Shown here: piece by piece, positions 13,823 through 26,744 of the stretch
How the letters are laid out: each line of letters begins with the position of its first letter
Numbering within the stretch: position 1 is the first letter of the stretch
NCBI GenBank assembly: GCA_965603825.1
Contig: CBFDEM010000058.1
Location: 62,001-126,000, forward strand
Length of the DNA stretch: 64,000 nucleotides
From: Blepharisma stoltei ATCC 30299
Taxonomy: Eukaryota; Protista; Ciliophora
Reading direction: 5' to 3'
Notes under the pieces: model-generated
What the model was told of the DNA's origin: nothing
What the model saw: the letters and a program-made list of their open reading frames with translations, nothing else
Database searches by the model: none
Made by a program: the position numbers and the translations under genes

Positions 13823-14698
13823 TTATTGGTTAATTTTAACTCTAAGTCCAAGTTGCCAGTTAGGGTTTTCTGATGAGCAGAATGACTTAAGATTGAACTG
13901 ATTTGCAGTTGTGACACTCACATATTGATTGACTTTAGCTCTAAGATTCCACCCTACAGTTCCGTTCTTGCTAATTCTTCCTTTCAAAGTCTTATTATCT
14001 GACAAAGCATGCTGGAAACCTACAGTTAAATCAGATAACCCAGCGCTTGAGACAGTGGCTGCAGCTCCGAACTTGGTTTGGGCTGTTTGGACGAAATAAA
14101 ATGACCCTACTAAGTTTCCGAAGGTGTAAGCTTTATTATCAGTGCTGATGTGCTTTAAGACAGCTCTATATTTATCAGCGAAATAGTAAGCAGCTGCGTT
14201 ATAAGTTCCAAATCTCCAGGTATTCAAGTCAAAAGCAAAATCAATCCCAGCTCCGAAGCTTCCAAAAGACCTTACGATGCTAGTCTTGAAGAGGTGGTCA
14301 CTGCCTATAGCAACTTTTGATTTGGTTTTATCGCTGCTGCACTCAACAGAGGCTGTTTGTTTGCAAGCACCAGTTGCTCTGTTTGCTTCAACCTCAATCT
14401 TTCCTTTAACATTCTTGAACTTTTCAGGGGTGAACTCCAAAATGGTCTTATAAAGAAGAGAAGTCTGGAATTCTTGCTTAAGAGCGAACCTAGGGTCGGT
14501 GAACTTAAAATAAGTGGTTCCAGTGATGTTAGGAACATCTGTAGTTGATTTGACTTGTTTTAGGGAGGTCTTTGTGTTAAGTCCACTTTCGTGCTTGGTG
14601 TAGACTGCGAGAGCTGCAAGCTGTCCAAAGCAGTAACCTTTCTTGAGAAGATCTTCTTGAAGCTTGGTAAGGTTAGAATAGCTTTCGAGCTTTGCCAT
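13823..14698 (-). CDS. VDAC: mitochondrial porin (VDAC)
   Basis: 291 aa; N-terminal helix YSNL.K...DLL.KGY, amphipathic beta strands, LKGRISKNG, C-terminal beta-signal-like QLGLRVKI. Confidence 0.85.
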   Translation of the reverse strand: MAKLESYSNLTKLQEDLLKKGYCFGQLAALAVYTKHESGLNTKTSLKQVKSTTDVPNITGTTYFKFTDPRFALKQEFQTSLLYKTILEFTPEKFKNVKGKIEVEANRATGACKQTASVECSSDKTKSKVAIGSDHLFKTSIVRSFGSFGAGIDFAFDLNTWRFGTYNAAAYYFADKYRAVLKHISTDNKAYTFGNLVGSFYFVQTAQTKFGAAATVSSAGLSDLTVGFQHALSDNKTLKGRISKNGTVGWNLRAKVNQYVSVTTANQFNLKSFCSSENPNWQLGLRVKINQ

Positions 14699-14859
14699 TG
14701 AATTTATTGGTAAAATGGAGCTTTGGGATCTAATAGTGCAGATGTATAAGGATTTTTTAAGTTGAGAATAAAAGCGCGATTTAAGCTATAAAATCACATC
14801 AGCTAAAACAAGTAAATAAAGGTTAAATGGGATGAGAAATACGATAAATAAGAATAGTT

Positions 14860-15630
14860 ATGGAGCAAAATGATGCAGTAAAGGTGCAAATTAATAAAAA
14901 ACCCACAAATTCTAGCTCAACAGGTTCAATAACCAAATTAATCAAGTTTTTAAACCTTAACGAAAATTTTGCAATGAGAGCTTCACCTTTGAAATCATCA
15001 AGAATCCTAAGCAACCCAAAATTACATCGAACCCTCAATGAAAAAGTATTCGCTTTGCCTTCTTTAAGAAGCATTGTAAAGCATAGGCTATGTGACTCAA
15101 CTTGCCCAAATTCTACTGTAGTGTTCAATAAGATCAGCTCTTTATCTGATTTTGGAAAAATCAATAAACCGAATATAAAACAGAATCAGAAACCTGTCGA
15201 AAATAAAGCCCACACAGCAAAAGTAAGACCAATCCATCAGTTTTCAAACAAGATTAAGCGCCCAAAAAGAAGGTTTAATCCTAAATTGTGCATATATGGG
15301 AGCACAAAACCTATTAATGCCAATGAAATTACATGCACAGACCAAGATGACATTAGCAGTCCACCATCAACATATAGAAGCGATATGAAGATTTTGAAAT
15401 TAAAAAACTTGTCACACGATTTTGAGACTAGGCCGATTTTTGATATGGTTACTTATAGAAGCACTGAATACACCCAAAAAGTTTCGACAGCAAAAAAAAC
15501 CAAAAAAATAAAAAATCGGCTTGTGAGTAATTCTGAAGTAAAAGTGATGCTTCGAGATAAAAAAACTGAATATGACTATGAAGGCTTGCAGGGGTGGGGT
15601 GATAACTCTTCATTATCCAAAAGCAGATAA
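14860..15630 (+). CDS. hypothetical basic low-complexity protein (256 aa)
   Basis: Uninterrupted ATG-TAA ORF; no recognisable domain. Confidence 0.65.
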   Translation: MEQNDAVKVQINKKPTNSSSTGSITKLIKFLNLNENFAMRASPLKSSRILSNPKLHRTLNEKVFALPSLRSIVKHRLCDSTCPNSTVVFNKISSLSDFGKINKPNIKQNQKPVENKAHTAKVRPIHQFSNKIKRPKRRFNPKLCIYGSTKPINANEITCTDQDDISSPPSTYRSDMKILKLKNLSHDFETRPIFDMVTYRSTEYTQKVSTAKKTKKIKNRLVSNSEVKVMLRDKKTEYDYEGLQGWGDNSSLSKSR

Positions 15631-15695
15631 TGAAATTTTCATTTAAGCTGTTCATAAAAACTAATTATAATTATAATTTGTTATAATTCCAATAA

Positions 15696-16763
15696 TTATA
15701 TATTTCGTGGACTGTAATAATGCTGAAATTTGTCTTGTGGCGAATAAGGTGGCAATAGATAATCTCTTGCTAAAGGTGAGGACTCTGGGATTTTTAGTTT
15801 ATCGTACTTAAGGCTTAAGGAGTCTGGGCTTTTACAGCTTAACAGAGAATCTGAAAACTGATAGTTAAGTGAAGGAAGTCCATGGTCTCCTGAAGCAGGG
15901 TTTAAATATGTATCCCAATTAGGGTTGGTATTAATGTCATCTGGAAACTTAAAAAACCTGCTTCTCATAGGCGATTTTCTTAAAAATCCTCCTGTAGAAG
16001 TAGGAGTTATTGTAGCCAAAAGTTTTGACGGGCTAAAGCTTTCTAAGGTAGAAGGGCCGTTTATTATGTTTTCTTGAGCCTTAGTAGGCGAAGGACACAC
16101 AATAGGGGCGGGACGTTCTTTTTCAGCTGATTTTTGCAGCTCTTCAGCAGGTGAGATTAGCAGCTGTGGTACTGGCTGAGTTTTTTCCATATTTCCAGTA
16201 TTTTTAATTGGATTTTCTTTAGGAATAGGCTTGGATTTTGGCCTTCTTTTCCTTTGAGTTTTTTGTGCAGAATTCTTTCCTTTAATAAGTGACGGGTGAA
16301 ATACAAGTAATTTCGCAATTTCTGCATTTTTTAATAGTGTCTTTACTGAGCCTGTCAGCTTTTCTCCTTCTGGCCTTTGTCTATTGATTTTTCTAAGATT
16401 CCTCCTTATAGTGCTATAAAATTGATTTTTAATAGAATTGTCCGTTCTTCCAGGCAAATACTTGGCTATTTCAGATCATTTATTTCCATAAATTTTATGG
16501 TACTCAAACAGCTTTCTTTCCTCATCCTTGCTCCATGCTTTTTTGACAATTCCTGAGTCCAAATGATTATGCCACCTCTCCCTGCACTGTTTCCCAGTTC
16601 TTAATAATTATTACCTATCAGTGATCCCATATCTTTCAGACAGCAACTGTGCTAGAAACGTTCACCTTTTGACTCCAAATTCTTCAACGAGGCATCTAAT
16701 AGCTTCATCTTCCTGCTTATCTCTTACCTCTGAGCTCCAGGGCTTTCTATCATTTTGTGCCAT
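15696..16763 (-). CDS. R2R3-MYB transcription factor
   Basis: PWSSEEDE..., RTGKQCRERWHNHL, AWSKDEE..., NK(W)SEIAKYLPGRTDNSIKNQF; 15-nt introns at 16713-16727 and 16600-16614. Confidence 0.92.
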
Positions 16764-17271
16764 TTTAGATATTATTGCTTTATATAACCGCTGACAGTCA
16801 AAATATAAATGAAATTTAGTGATTTTATTTTATAATAAAGAGGATAGAGAAGATAATAATAATTTAATAGAGAAAAGTATGGGAAGGAAAACATTTAATC
16901 ATAAAATTAAATTTCAGACAGAAAAGAATAGTAAAAAAAATTAAAAGCGTGGGTATTTATTTGTCTTTTTGGAATTGAGACTTAGATTTGGAGTTTTTGT
17001 GAATAAATTAGCTCGAAAATAGATTTATTAGATGGGAAAGCCTTGGAGAAGAGATAGGCTTTGATTTGTTTAGGGTAAAGAAATACTGGGCTGATTTACT
17101 GTACTTGTAACCGTTAATAATAAAAATGTATTAATGCTATTTAAGAAACGTTAGAGTTAAATCTTGGTGTATTATTTATAAATAGAGAGAGGAAATTTCA
17201 TAAAAGATAAATAAAGAATTGAGTTAAGAGTTTGAGCTTAATTTTGTGTTTTTGAGAGTTAAAATTTTAAG

Positions 17272-19794
17272 CTAAAAATGAGAATTTGACTTATCTCTTC
17301 CAGAACCCACAAATAAGCTAGAAATCTGCGCAGAAACTCCCTCCACAAAATTTGTGACTTGATTAGAAATTTCTCTATTTTTGCTGCCTACTAACAAGCT
17401 ATTCAATTTTTCTCTTGAATTAGCACTACTCCAAAGTGTATTCAAAATATTCGGTCTACTCGCAATATGCCTTTCTCCTGCTTCTATTTCAGCTTGCTGG
17501 CTTGCATAATTCCTCAGCATATTCGTAGAATTTAGCTTTGGTGCCAACACCTCAGCTAATTTTTCTTTTTCCTCTTTTCCTCTTTTTCTTTCTACAAGGT
17601 TAAGCCACTCACTTCATCCTTCTTTTGCAGTTAAAGGATTATTTCTTAAATAATCTTCATTGAAATTAATTGCGCTGTCTTCATAATTATCATTTTCCCC
17701 ATCTTGGATAGGAATGTATGTAGTATTTAATTTTTTTAGGAAGCATTTGCAAGGTGCTAGGAAAATAACAAGGCAAGCACAGAGTCCGCCTAGAGGAAAA
17801 TATAAATTTTCTTTGTACATGATGTATTGGAAGATGCAGTTAGAGGTCTAAGTAAGGATTACGGCATAGGCAAGGATTAGGATTGGAATTCAGTTGAGCA
17901 TGTTTTTAGACATGGCATCACCGTAGGTTCGAGGCCTTGAATGTCTTCTTAATAAAATAATTTTATCAGTCCAATATTCAATAATAACTGAGCCAAGACC
18001 AATTGCAAGTCCTAATGGGAATAATGGTGCAAAGATAAAGCAGACAAGTAAGGTTTTCAATATATTTGAATATCTCTGAGCCATATCGACTTGAGGGTTT
18101 TCTCATATTTTGTTAGCTTCGATTTGAGTTAAGCCAATTATCCCTTTTTTGGCTTGATTTCTAATTTTCCTTCTTAAATAAACTTTATATAAATATAAAG
18201 GTGAAAAAATATAAGTAAGCGGAGATACAATAGCATCAGTCAAAAGCAAGAAAAGTATATCATTAACTAGCCCATAAGGCAAAAATAAATCTTTTTTTGA
18301 TTCAGAGTTAATCCAAATAATGATTCCAACTGTATTTAAAACAAGCGCCAATACAAGTTTATTGGTAACTGACTTATTATAAGTTGACCACGTATAATGC
18401 TTTTCATCAGCTGTAAAAATCCTCACAATAATCGCGATAGCCCTATTTATTAACACAATGCAAACAGATAACCCAAATGAAAAAAATCTTACCTGAAATA
18501 ATTCAGAATAAGTCCTCTTATCCTCAGATTTATCTTCATATGAACTATACTGATCTCTTTGAGCTTTTTTAGTTAAAAACACCAATAAAAAGCTCCCTGC
18601 AAGTAGAAAAGTAGTCAAAATGAAAGTCACAGCTCTTTTTGTATGCTTTTGGCAAGCTGTTGCATTTAGATTTTCCCATATAATATCAGACGGTTCCGGA
18701 GCTTTTTCAATTTTAAGAAACCTCCCATTAAAAAGAACATTATTAGTGTTCATACAAATTGATGACAAAAAATTTGAAAAATTCGACCAAAAACCATTAG
18801 GCCAAAATTGCAAAAATTCTTTTGAATTTTCTTGCCTAGTAAAAGTAACAAATGCGAACTGAGTTTGATGGTATCTTTCCTCAGTTTTTTCTTCATAATT
18901 CTTAATCCTTCTGTCTAGCTCATCAATTTGGGCTTGGATTCTCCCCTCAGCAGGGTATTTTTCTGAATAAATTTTACTAGAATAGCAGCATATCGAGAAT
19001 TTTTTTGGGTATTTGCCTTTATTTTTCTTTTGATAATCTCTTATATAAATAAGCTCTCCCTTCAGCTTATCTTGCTGTTTAGTATTGCTGACATATCTTC
19101 CTATATCATAAGCTATGCTTATACTATAAATATTCCCAGGAATTCCAAAATTTCTGCATCTTTCTTCAAGAAACGCTTTGAGATCCCTGTCAATAAAATT
19201 TTTATTTAAATTTTGGACCCAAATAGTAAAATCAGCTGGGGTGATATTGTCTTTGTCGACATTTCTGGACAATTTTGAAAGGCCTACAATTAGTCAATAG
19301 TAAAAAATAATCAAAAATCCGCAGTTAGCAGCGTGGAGAATGCCTTGGACTACTGTTGGATTTTCGCTTTTTCCGTAGCCTCCAAGAGAAGATGCTATAT
19401 ATCAGCTGTGGGTTCCTCGGCCCCAATCTCCTGCATTTCCAGCTTCTGAATTGGTATATATTGCGAATATACCTGCAAATAGGAAACTTCATAAAAATCA
19501 TAACATAATTCTTTGGACGAAGAAATAATACAAGGATATGCCGACACCTAGGTCGCCTAGATCTTCGGCAGAACAACATATAGAAAATAAAGGAGCGTCC
19601 TATATAGAAATTACAGCTGGCATGCTACAGCATGGACATAGCTCGCTACTCTCGTCAACTACATAAGATTTGATGTCCCTTGCTTTAGTTGCTTTCTAAT
19701 TATGCATTACTTGATGGATTTCAGCTATTTTTAGGTCAGCTTTTTCTTCAGATGCAATAAAGCGAGACTCAACTTCGAAAAGCTGTTGCTCCAT
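17272..19794 (-). CDS. OSCA/TMEM63 (CSC1)-like multi-pass channel, paralog 1
   Basis: GVGISLYYFF, ITPADFTIWVQNL, AFVTF, APEPSDIIWENL, DMAQRYSNIL..FAPLFPL..YWTDK..LLR. Introns at 19696-19710, 19600-19614 and 17848-17862; TGA=Trp. Confidence 0.85.
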
Positions 19795-19869
19795 TTAATA
19801 TCTCTACAAGGTGAATAAATGGAAATACTCATATTGCAGCTCATAACTATATAAAATTTTTGTTTCTTT

Positions 19870-20109
19870 GAATTTCAAATAAGCAAATTAGTCTCGTCAT
19901 ATTCGTAGTTTTAATATAAATTATAATTATACTTATTTAGTTAAACTCATTGCAATGATATAGATAATAATTCCCTGGATTTCCTAAAATATTTCTTTCT
20001 TCACTATAGCTATCTTCCATCGGTACATCCATAAATTGATTTCCTGCCACGGATTAATTGCACTGCCTCCTATCAAACTCGAAACGGGATTTTCCGCAAT
20101 CATCCTATA
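19870..20109 (-). pseudogene. degenerate duplicate of the 3' end of OSCA-like paralog 2
   Basis: 19964-20109 aligns by eye to 31650-31796 (taataattccctggattt..aaaatatttctttcttc..cttccatcggt..ttcctgccac..ggattttccgcaatc..cctata) with small indels; weaker similarity extends into the 3' UTR. Confidence 0.85.
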
Positions 20110-20177
20110 AATAATTATTTCATACCTAGAATTTAATCTAATCATCTTACAAAATCCAACTTTGGAATTAGATAATT

Positions 20178-20703
20178 GACTTCATATTTTAAACTAAACT
20201 TAAACTTATTACAGATGTGCTGGCTGCCATATTGGCTAGTTGCCACTATGCATCCTCTCAGAAAATTTTTACCGCTTTAAGACCAAGCTAGAGAGAATTG
20301 AATGAAATTGGAAAGTTAGCTCTGACACCTTTTCTTCTTCTTCTTCTTCTTCTTCTTCAGTAGTATCTGATGCCATTTCCACCTGAAGTGATTTCTATGT
20401 GATCGTCTTGGCTCCAGCGTTTATTGACTTCGCGCTTGCTGAAGAGTAAATATAAGTTACCTTAGAGGAAATTTGAAAACTCAGACCAGCTCCAACTTTT
20501 CTACCCATTCTTTTCATAATACAAATAATATAATTTAGAAATTAGGCTTTTGCAGGCTCTAAATCAGCAGAATTGTTTGCTTTGAATTACTGCTTGTTTC
20601 ATGAGCTCTTAAAGGCATAACAAATGATAATTAAAAATGTACTCGAAGCTTTCTTTGCAAAAATGCCATGTTTTATTCATTTTTTAAATCAATAATATTA
20701 AAA
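20178..20703. repeat. upstream segment co-duplicated with the AAA-nuclease gene (second copy ~24169-24746)
   Basis: Shared blocks: gacttcatattttaaa..aacttattacag, gccatattgg, tctgatgccatt.cca.ctgaagtgatttctatgt, agtaaatataagtt.ccttagag, atataatttagaaattagg. Confidence 0.85.
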
Positions 20704-23700
20704 ATGGACTTAAGTGAAAGTGAACTAATCAGTCGGATATCTCAAGCCAATTCTTTTAGAGTTGAAGGTGACATAGAAGAAATCTCAACTTTCAGCATCT
20801 ACACGATTTTGATGGGATTATATCCGAATAATCAAGTTTACATTATGATGGAAAGATTTTTTGGGAAGTCCCCTTTTGAATCTGACAGTGAAGATTCCCA
20901 ACTGTTATATGTAAAAGAAATTGAAAACTTGCTAAATCTACCAGGCGGCCCAATAAAACCAATTGTCTCCGTGCACAAAAACAAACCTGATGACAGTTGG
21001 GACTTTATGCTAATTTTGCCAAGTCAAGGCTTTATCCCGCCAAAAATATATTATAGAAATTCGAAGCACAAGCATCTCAAACTTCCACCTCTTATTTCAT
21101 TCTTATTAGAAAACAAGTTGAAGACTAATGAGATCGAAGAAAACAAGGAAAGCATCAGTGGAGGGATGCTAAAGACTTATCAAATTGTTGAAGAACAGGA
21201 TTTTCCAATAATGAACAGTGTGCAGCAAAATGAAGGGGGCTGGTGAGCTTTGTTTAGAATATTTCTAATTATATCTTCTAAATGTGAGGATTATCTTAAA
21301 AGAATGACATCATGGACTCCTACATTCTATGCTATGCAAAAATATTTCAAAGAAGCTCAGATAGATTTAAAACAAATTGGTTTACATTCAGATTGATCAG
21401 AGAGACAAGCTTGAGTAGAAGACCAAAAATTGCTTGTACTTCAAGCTTTAAATGAGAAAATTTCCATGTGAGAGGCAAACACAAATAAAGTGTGTGATGC
21501 CACTAATACATTTGCAGATCGATTAGAGTTTTGAAAGAGAATTATTAATACCTCAAAAGATAATGCCAATGCAACACCAAAAAAGCCATTTTCATATAAC
21601 AATATAGATACTTCGATACAAAAATCAAACGTTAAAATAAAGAAAAATTGAAAATTCTCTGCTTCAAAATTTACATTTAAAAATCTCATAAGAGATGAAA
21701 TAGTTTACGTAGATAAGACGCTATTTATAAAAGAAGTCTTAGACGATACAAGTGACGCTATTCTGATTACTAGGCCTAGAAGATGGGGGAAAAGCATAAA
21801 TATAGATATGCTAAAGACATTTTTGGGTAATAATGGGGACGAAAAAATAAATAAACAGAACAAGGCTTTGTTCACAGAGAAAAGAAAATTAATTATCAAC
21901 GGTTTTTCAAATAGTTCAGCTTCTCAGAAACTCGCAATTGCTACAGTAAATAATGGGGATTATGTTGAAATGCATGCTGGGAAATATCCTGTAATTTTTA
22001 TCAGCTTTCCGGAAGTGAGTATGGAAGTTGGTATAGATATTCGTGAAATAATACGAAAAAAATTTGGCGAGGCAATTCAATCAGCATATGTAGAGCACCG
22101 ATATGTTTTAGAAAAATTAATAGAGCGACTAAAAGATGGGTATGATGAAGATTTAGAGAAAGATATAAAAACATTTAGGAGCTTCTATAATGACGAGCCC
22201 AATGCAAATCTTGAAAAATCGATCAAATTTCTAAGTAGAGTACTTTGTGAATTTTATCATGAACAGGTTTTTATCTTAATAGATGAATATGATCGTCCAT
22301 TTAACCATTTATTTTCTACAGAGAGCTATAATACTGTCGTGAAATTTATGAGAGATTTGCTAAGTCCTGCAATTAAAGAGACTAAATATGCTAAAAAAGT
22401 AGTTATGACTGGTATTTTGAGATGCGCAAAAGACGATCTGTTTTCTGGGATAAATAATGTCTCGCTAAATAGCGTTACTAATCAAAGGTATTCGGAGTGT
22501 TTTGGCTTTACAGAGAGTGAAGTTGATAAAATTTTGAGAGAAGCCTCCGTTTGAAATACAGAAGAGGATTTGGAACTAAATAAAAGGCAAGTAGCTTCAT
22601 GATATGACGGCTATAACATTGGAGGACACAAAATTTACAATCCCTGGTCAATTATGAATTGCCTATATTATTCTCGAGAAGGGGAAGAAGACATATATAG
22701 AGCATATTGGATTGATACAGGTAGCCAGAATGAGCTTCAGTATTTGTTTAAAAATTTCACTTGCGAAGAAGAATTGTCTGAATTGCTGAGAACAGGATAC
22801 TTAATTTTAGAAAATCAATTACCGATTAAAATAAATATGGCAGATGTTTCAAATGACAAAGGACAATTTTTTTCACTTCTACTCCATTCAGGGTACTTGA
22901 CTCCATTCCAAGCGCCAATAGAAAAGAACTATGGAAGAAATATAATTCGCTCAGATTCGAGAAATAGAAAAGGGATTTATGTTATACCTAATAAAGAAGT
23001 GAAGAAATTCGTTTTTGATATTCTCATAAAAAATTGGGTTGAAAATCTAAATATTCCCAGTCCTGAACTATGCAAACTGATGAATCTTTTAAACGAAAAC
23101 CTTGAAAACACTTATGAATATATTTCGATTATCAAAAATCAAATTTTAAATCATTGGGGCGGTGACAATCATAAAGAAGTTGATTTTCAAAATCTAATAG
23201 GGTCGCCAAACCTTTATGCTGGAATTGCAGGTACAAATGAGCCGAGGCATAGATTATTAAGCGAGGTCAGAAATGAGGAAAATAAAAGATTAGATTCTAT
23301 GTATCTTCCTATAATCGGAAAAAGCACTTGTGTAGTGATTCATGAATATAAAAAGTTGTATAACACAGAACTTCCTCAAGTAAATAAGACAACTTTTGAA
23401 GCTATTATGCAAATCTATGACAAAGGTTACATGAATGCTGCATTAAGCATGTATGAATTAGATAATTACAATAATTATTACAGCCACATAATAGTGAGAG
23501 CTATGGTATTCTACCAATTGACTGCACAAACAAAGTGGAATTTAAATTTTATCTATCATATTCATGAAATAAGAGATGCGATAAAAATCAGAGATTATTT
23601 AAAGATGAATCAAAACGTGCTTGCAACCTGCAAAACAAAAAAAGAATTAAAAAATCTACTCAGGCTGATAGTTGGGCCAGAACAAGAAGAAGATATTTCT

Positions 23701-23778
23701 TATATTACTAAAGGCCTTAAAAGAAAACATTTGACTAACAAGAAGGGAACCAAACTTAAAAAAAGCGATAAGAATTAA
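20704..23778 (+). CDS. AAA-ATPase-like (PF09820-type) + PD-(D/E)XK nuclease (PDDEXK_9-type) protein, intact copy A, ~1024 aa
   Basis: Single frame with only TGA interruptions (gaps between track ORFs translated by hand). Motifs: YVDKTLFIKEVL, ITRPRRWGKS (Walker A), KYPVIFISF, VFILIDEYD (Walker B), VVMTGILR, FGFTESEV, (W)YDGY..IYNPWS, LLHSGYLT, IPNKEV; nuclease SEV..KRLD..IHEYKK..AIMQIYDKGY. Confidence 0.9.
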
Positions 23779-24746
23779 TATGCTAATAATTAAATTTTAG
23801 GTTAAAACATTATTAAAAATTCAAACTGTTTAGCATGAGATATTATATTGGTAATAGTTTAAATAAGATTCTAAATAATTTCTCAAAAGGTACGCTGACT
23901 TAAACCTAAAACTGGGTCTCAAACCTACAAAAAGCCGTTTAAAATTCCATTAGGACAGAGATCTTCTATTCCCATACCATATTTTTTTAACTAGAGCCCC
24001 ATTGTTTGGATCAAAGCTCTTTCAGTCCCCATAAGATTTGATCTATTAATTTCATTCAAATATTTTATCAGACAAAAATCTTTAGTCAAACATATCATTA
24101 GAAACACGCTGAAACCCTGAGTTTATAAAGCTCTCATTTCCTCAATTCTGCAGCCTGATTCGCTAAGGGACTTCATATTTTAAATAAAACTTAACTTATT
24201 ACAGTGCTCTAGCCGCCATATTGGTTCTTCCATCGCCAAGGATCCTGTTAAGAGCCAGGGATACTTGAATGAATTTGAAAGTCAGCTCTGGCACTGTTTT
24301 GCTTCTTTTTCGGTTTCTGATGCCATTGCCATCTGAAGTGATTTCTATGTCACTGTTTCCTCTTGCCAATTGGCTCCAGTTGCTAGTAAATATAAGTTGC
24401 CTTAGAGAAATTTAAAAATTCAGGCCAGCTTTAGATAAAAAAGAAAACTCGAAGCTGAGAGCTTAACTCCCAGTTTCATACAGGATTATTGTCCAATAGG
24501 ACCTTGAGTACTCAAACTTTGCTGAAATTATGCGTATCAAATTTTTCTACCTGTTCTTCCAATATGCAAAAAATATAATTTAGAAATTAGGTTTCGTTAG
24601 GCTCTGCAATCAACAGAATTGTTTACTTTGAATTTCTGCCTTGTTCCTTAGCTCCTAAAGGCTTAAGAGCTATAATTAATATGCACTTAAAACTTTCTAG
24701 CAGAAAAGCCATGTTTAATTCATTTTTTAAATCAATAATATTAAAA

Positions 24747-25354
24747 ATGGACTTAAGTGAGCGGGAGCTAATCAGACGGATATCTCAAGCCAATTCTTTA
24801 AGAGCTGAAGGTGACATAGAAGAAATCTCAACTTTCAGCATCTACACGATTTTGATGGGCTTATATCCGAATAATCAAGTTTACATTATGATGGAAAGAT
24901 TTTGTGGAAAGTCCCCTTTTGAATCTGACAGTGAAGATTCCCAACTGTTATATGTAAAAGCAATTGAAGACTTGCTATCTCTACCAGATAGCCAAATAAA
25001 ACCAATTGTCTCCGTGTACAAAAACCAACCTGAAATTGTTGGGACTTTATGCTAATTTTGCCAAGTCAAGGCTTAGAGCCGCCAAAAATATTTTATAGAA
25101 TTCGAAGCGCAGGCATCTCAAACTTCCGCCTCTTTATTTCATTCTTATTAGAAAACAAGTTGAAGGCTAATGAGATTGAAGAAAGCAAGGAAAACATCAG
25201 TGGAGGGATGCTAAAGACTTATCAAATTGTTGAAGAAATGAAAAATGAATGAGGCTGGTGGGCTTTGTTTAGAACGTTTCTAATTATAAGTTTTCAAGGT
25301 GATGATTGTCTTAAAAGAATGAAATCATGGACTCCTATATTCTCTGCTAATGCA
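24747..25354 (+). pseudogene. AAA-nuclease family copy B, frameshifted 5' fragment
   Basis: Near-identical to the start of copy A (MDLSERELI...); frameshift near 25040 and internal deletion near 25240; similarity stops at the TTAA at 25355-25358. Confidence 0.9.
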
Positions 25355-26700
25355 TTAATATAATGATAGTTATAAAAGCAATTTGGATGAAGGAGTATCT
25401 TAGATTCTGAACAAATATAAGGATTCCTTGATTTCTTTCCTTTTTGATAATAGCAGAAGATGCATTCTTTTGTATTTTCAATTTTTATTATCCAATCCAT
25501 TCCTGAAATTGCTTGATTTATTACAGTTTTATTTTGGTCGAACATATCAATACCTATCATAAACTGCCTATAGCGTTCAACAATTTCTGGGATTGCAATG
25601 ATTTCATCTTTGCCTCTTTTCTTTGTGATTATAGCTGATTTTCCTGAATTAGTTGCACAAACAACCATCCTTTTGTCATGCCAACAATATAAAAGTATCT
25701 GATATGCTCTTATAAACAGATATTCACTTTGATTTATTCCTGCAGTAATCTTTTTGAAGTACTTCGGAAGATATTTTCGATTTTGTTTTATTATGCCAGT
25801 GCATTCAATTCCAAATCCTTTCAATTTCAATAGCAATGGTATAGAATTATATCAGTTATCTATATAAAGATGAAAATTTTGATTTTCTAGTCCTCAAGCA
25901 AACGTTTTCAGGAGAGAATTCAGAAGATTCATTTTTCCCTGGGTAAATAATGAATCTATAAACATAACCGTTGCTTGAACCTGCTAAGACAAAATTTTTG
26001 AATCCTCATTTAGTTGGTTTCATTGGAAGATACTGTTTATGGAAACCAATCATAGATTCGTCAATCGCTATGCTTTGCCCTAGAAGATAATATTGTTGAG
26101 ATTTTGCTTCGATTTGGCTCATTAGTGGATTCAATTTTTCTAGTTTATCTTGTGAGTTTGATGAGTAGAAAGGATCAGAAAGATGAAAAATACTTCCAAT
26201 ATTTATAAATCTTTTGAGTCCTAAGGCCTTTGATATAAGACTACTCTTTCATAATCCATGGGTATTCCAATGCATATGATAATTTGGTTTCCTATCAATT
26301 CCCATCGCAATTATCACCCCAATGTACACTTCTAATTCAATCATATCTATTTCTTTGATTTTATTTGAACTTATTATTTTAGGAGTTTTTGATTCTTTCT
26401 CATCTTCTTTTGCTTCGTCCATTATCAGTTTGAGAATTCTTCATTCAATATATCAATTTCAGGGCTATTCAAATCTTTTTTCTGATAGCTTCTGAGTGTA
26501 ATATCTTCATGAATTAGTCAGTATTTCTCCCAAGACCTCACTATCAAAATAGATCTTGAAAAAGTCTATGGCCTTCATGAAGAATCAAATTCGCGTGAAT
26601 TTCTTCCAGAACTTGAGTTCAGTTGGTAGCTATTCATAGTAATTCCTTCTTCTTTAATTCAATGGAGAGCCGAAAGTTGATCTTCAATATAAATATTCAT
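25355..26700 (-). mobile_element. piggyBac-type transposase pseudogene (DDE_Tnp_1_7-like core plus Cys-rich tail)
   Basis: ELEVYIGVIIAMG, KRFINI..FHLSD, IAIDESM (D 26060-62), KQYLPMKPTK(W)GFK, LYIDN(W)YNS (D 25858-60), CTGIIKQNR, WHDKR, YRQFMIGIDMFDQ (D 25546-48), CIFC..YICSE..LHPNCF..YH. Frameshift near 25890; no terminal inverted repeats found. Confidence 0.9.
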
Positions 26701-26744
26701 CACTCTATTTATTTATTGCATAAAAGTTAAGTTGTGTACTATTG

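Noticed and set aside
23884-24168. Slightly GC-richer spacer between copies A and B
   Set aside because: No sustained reading frame or recognisable motif found
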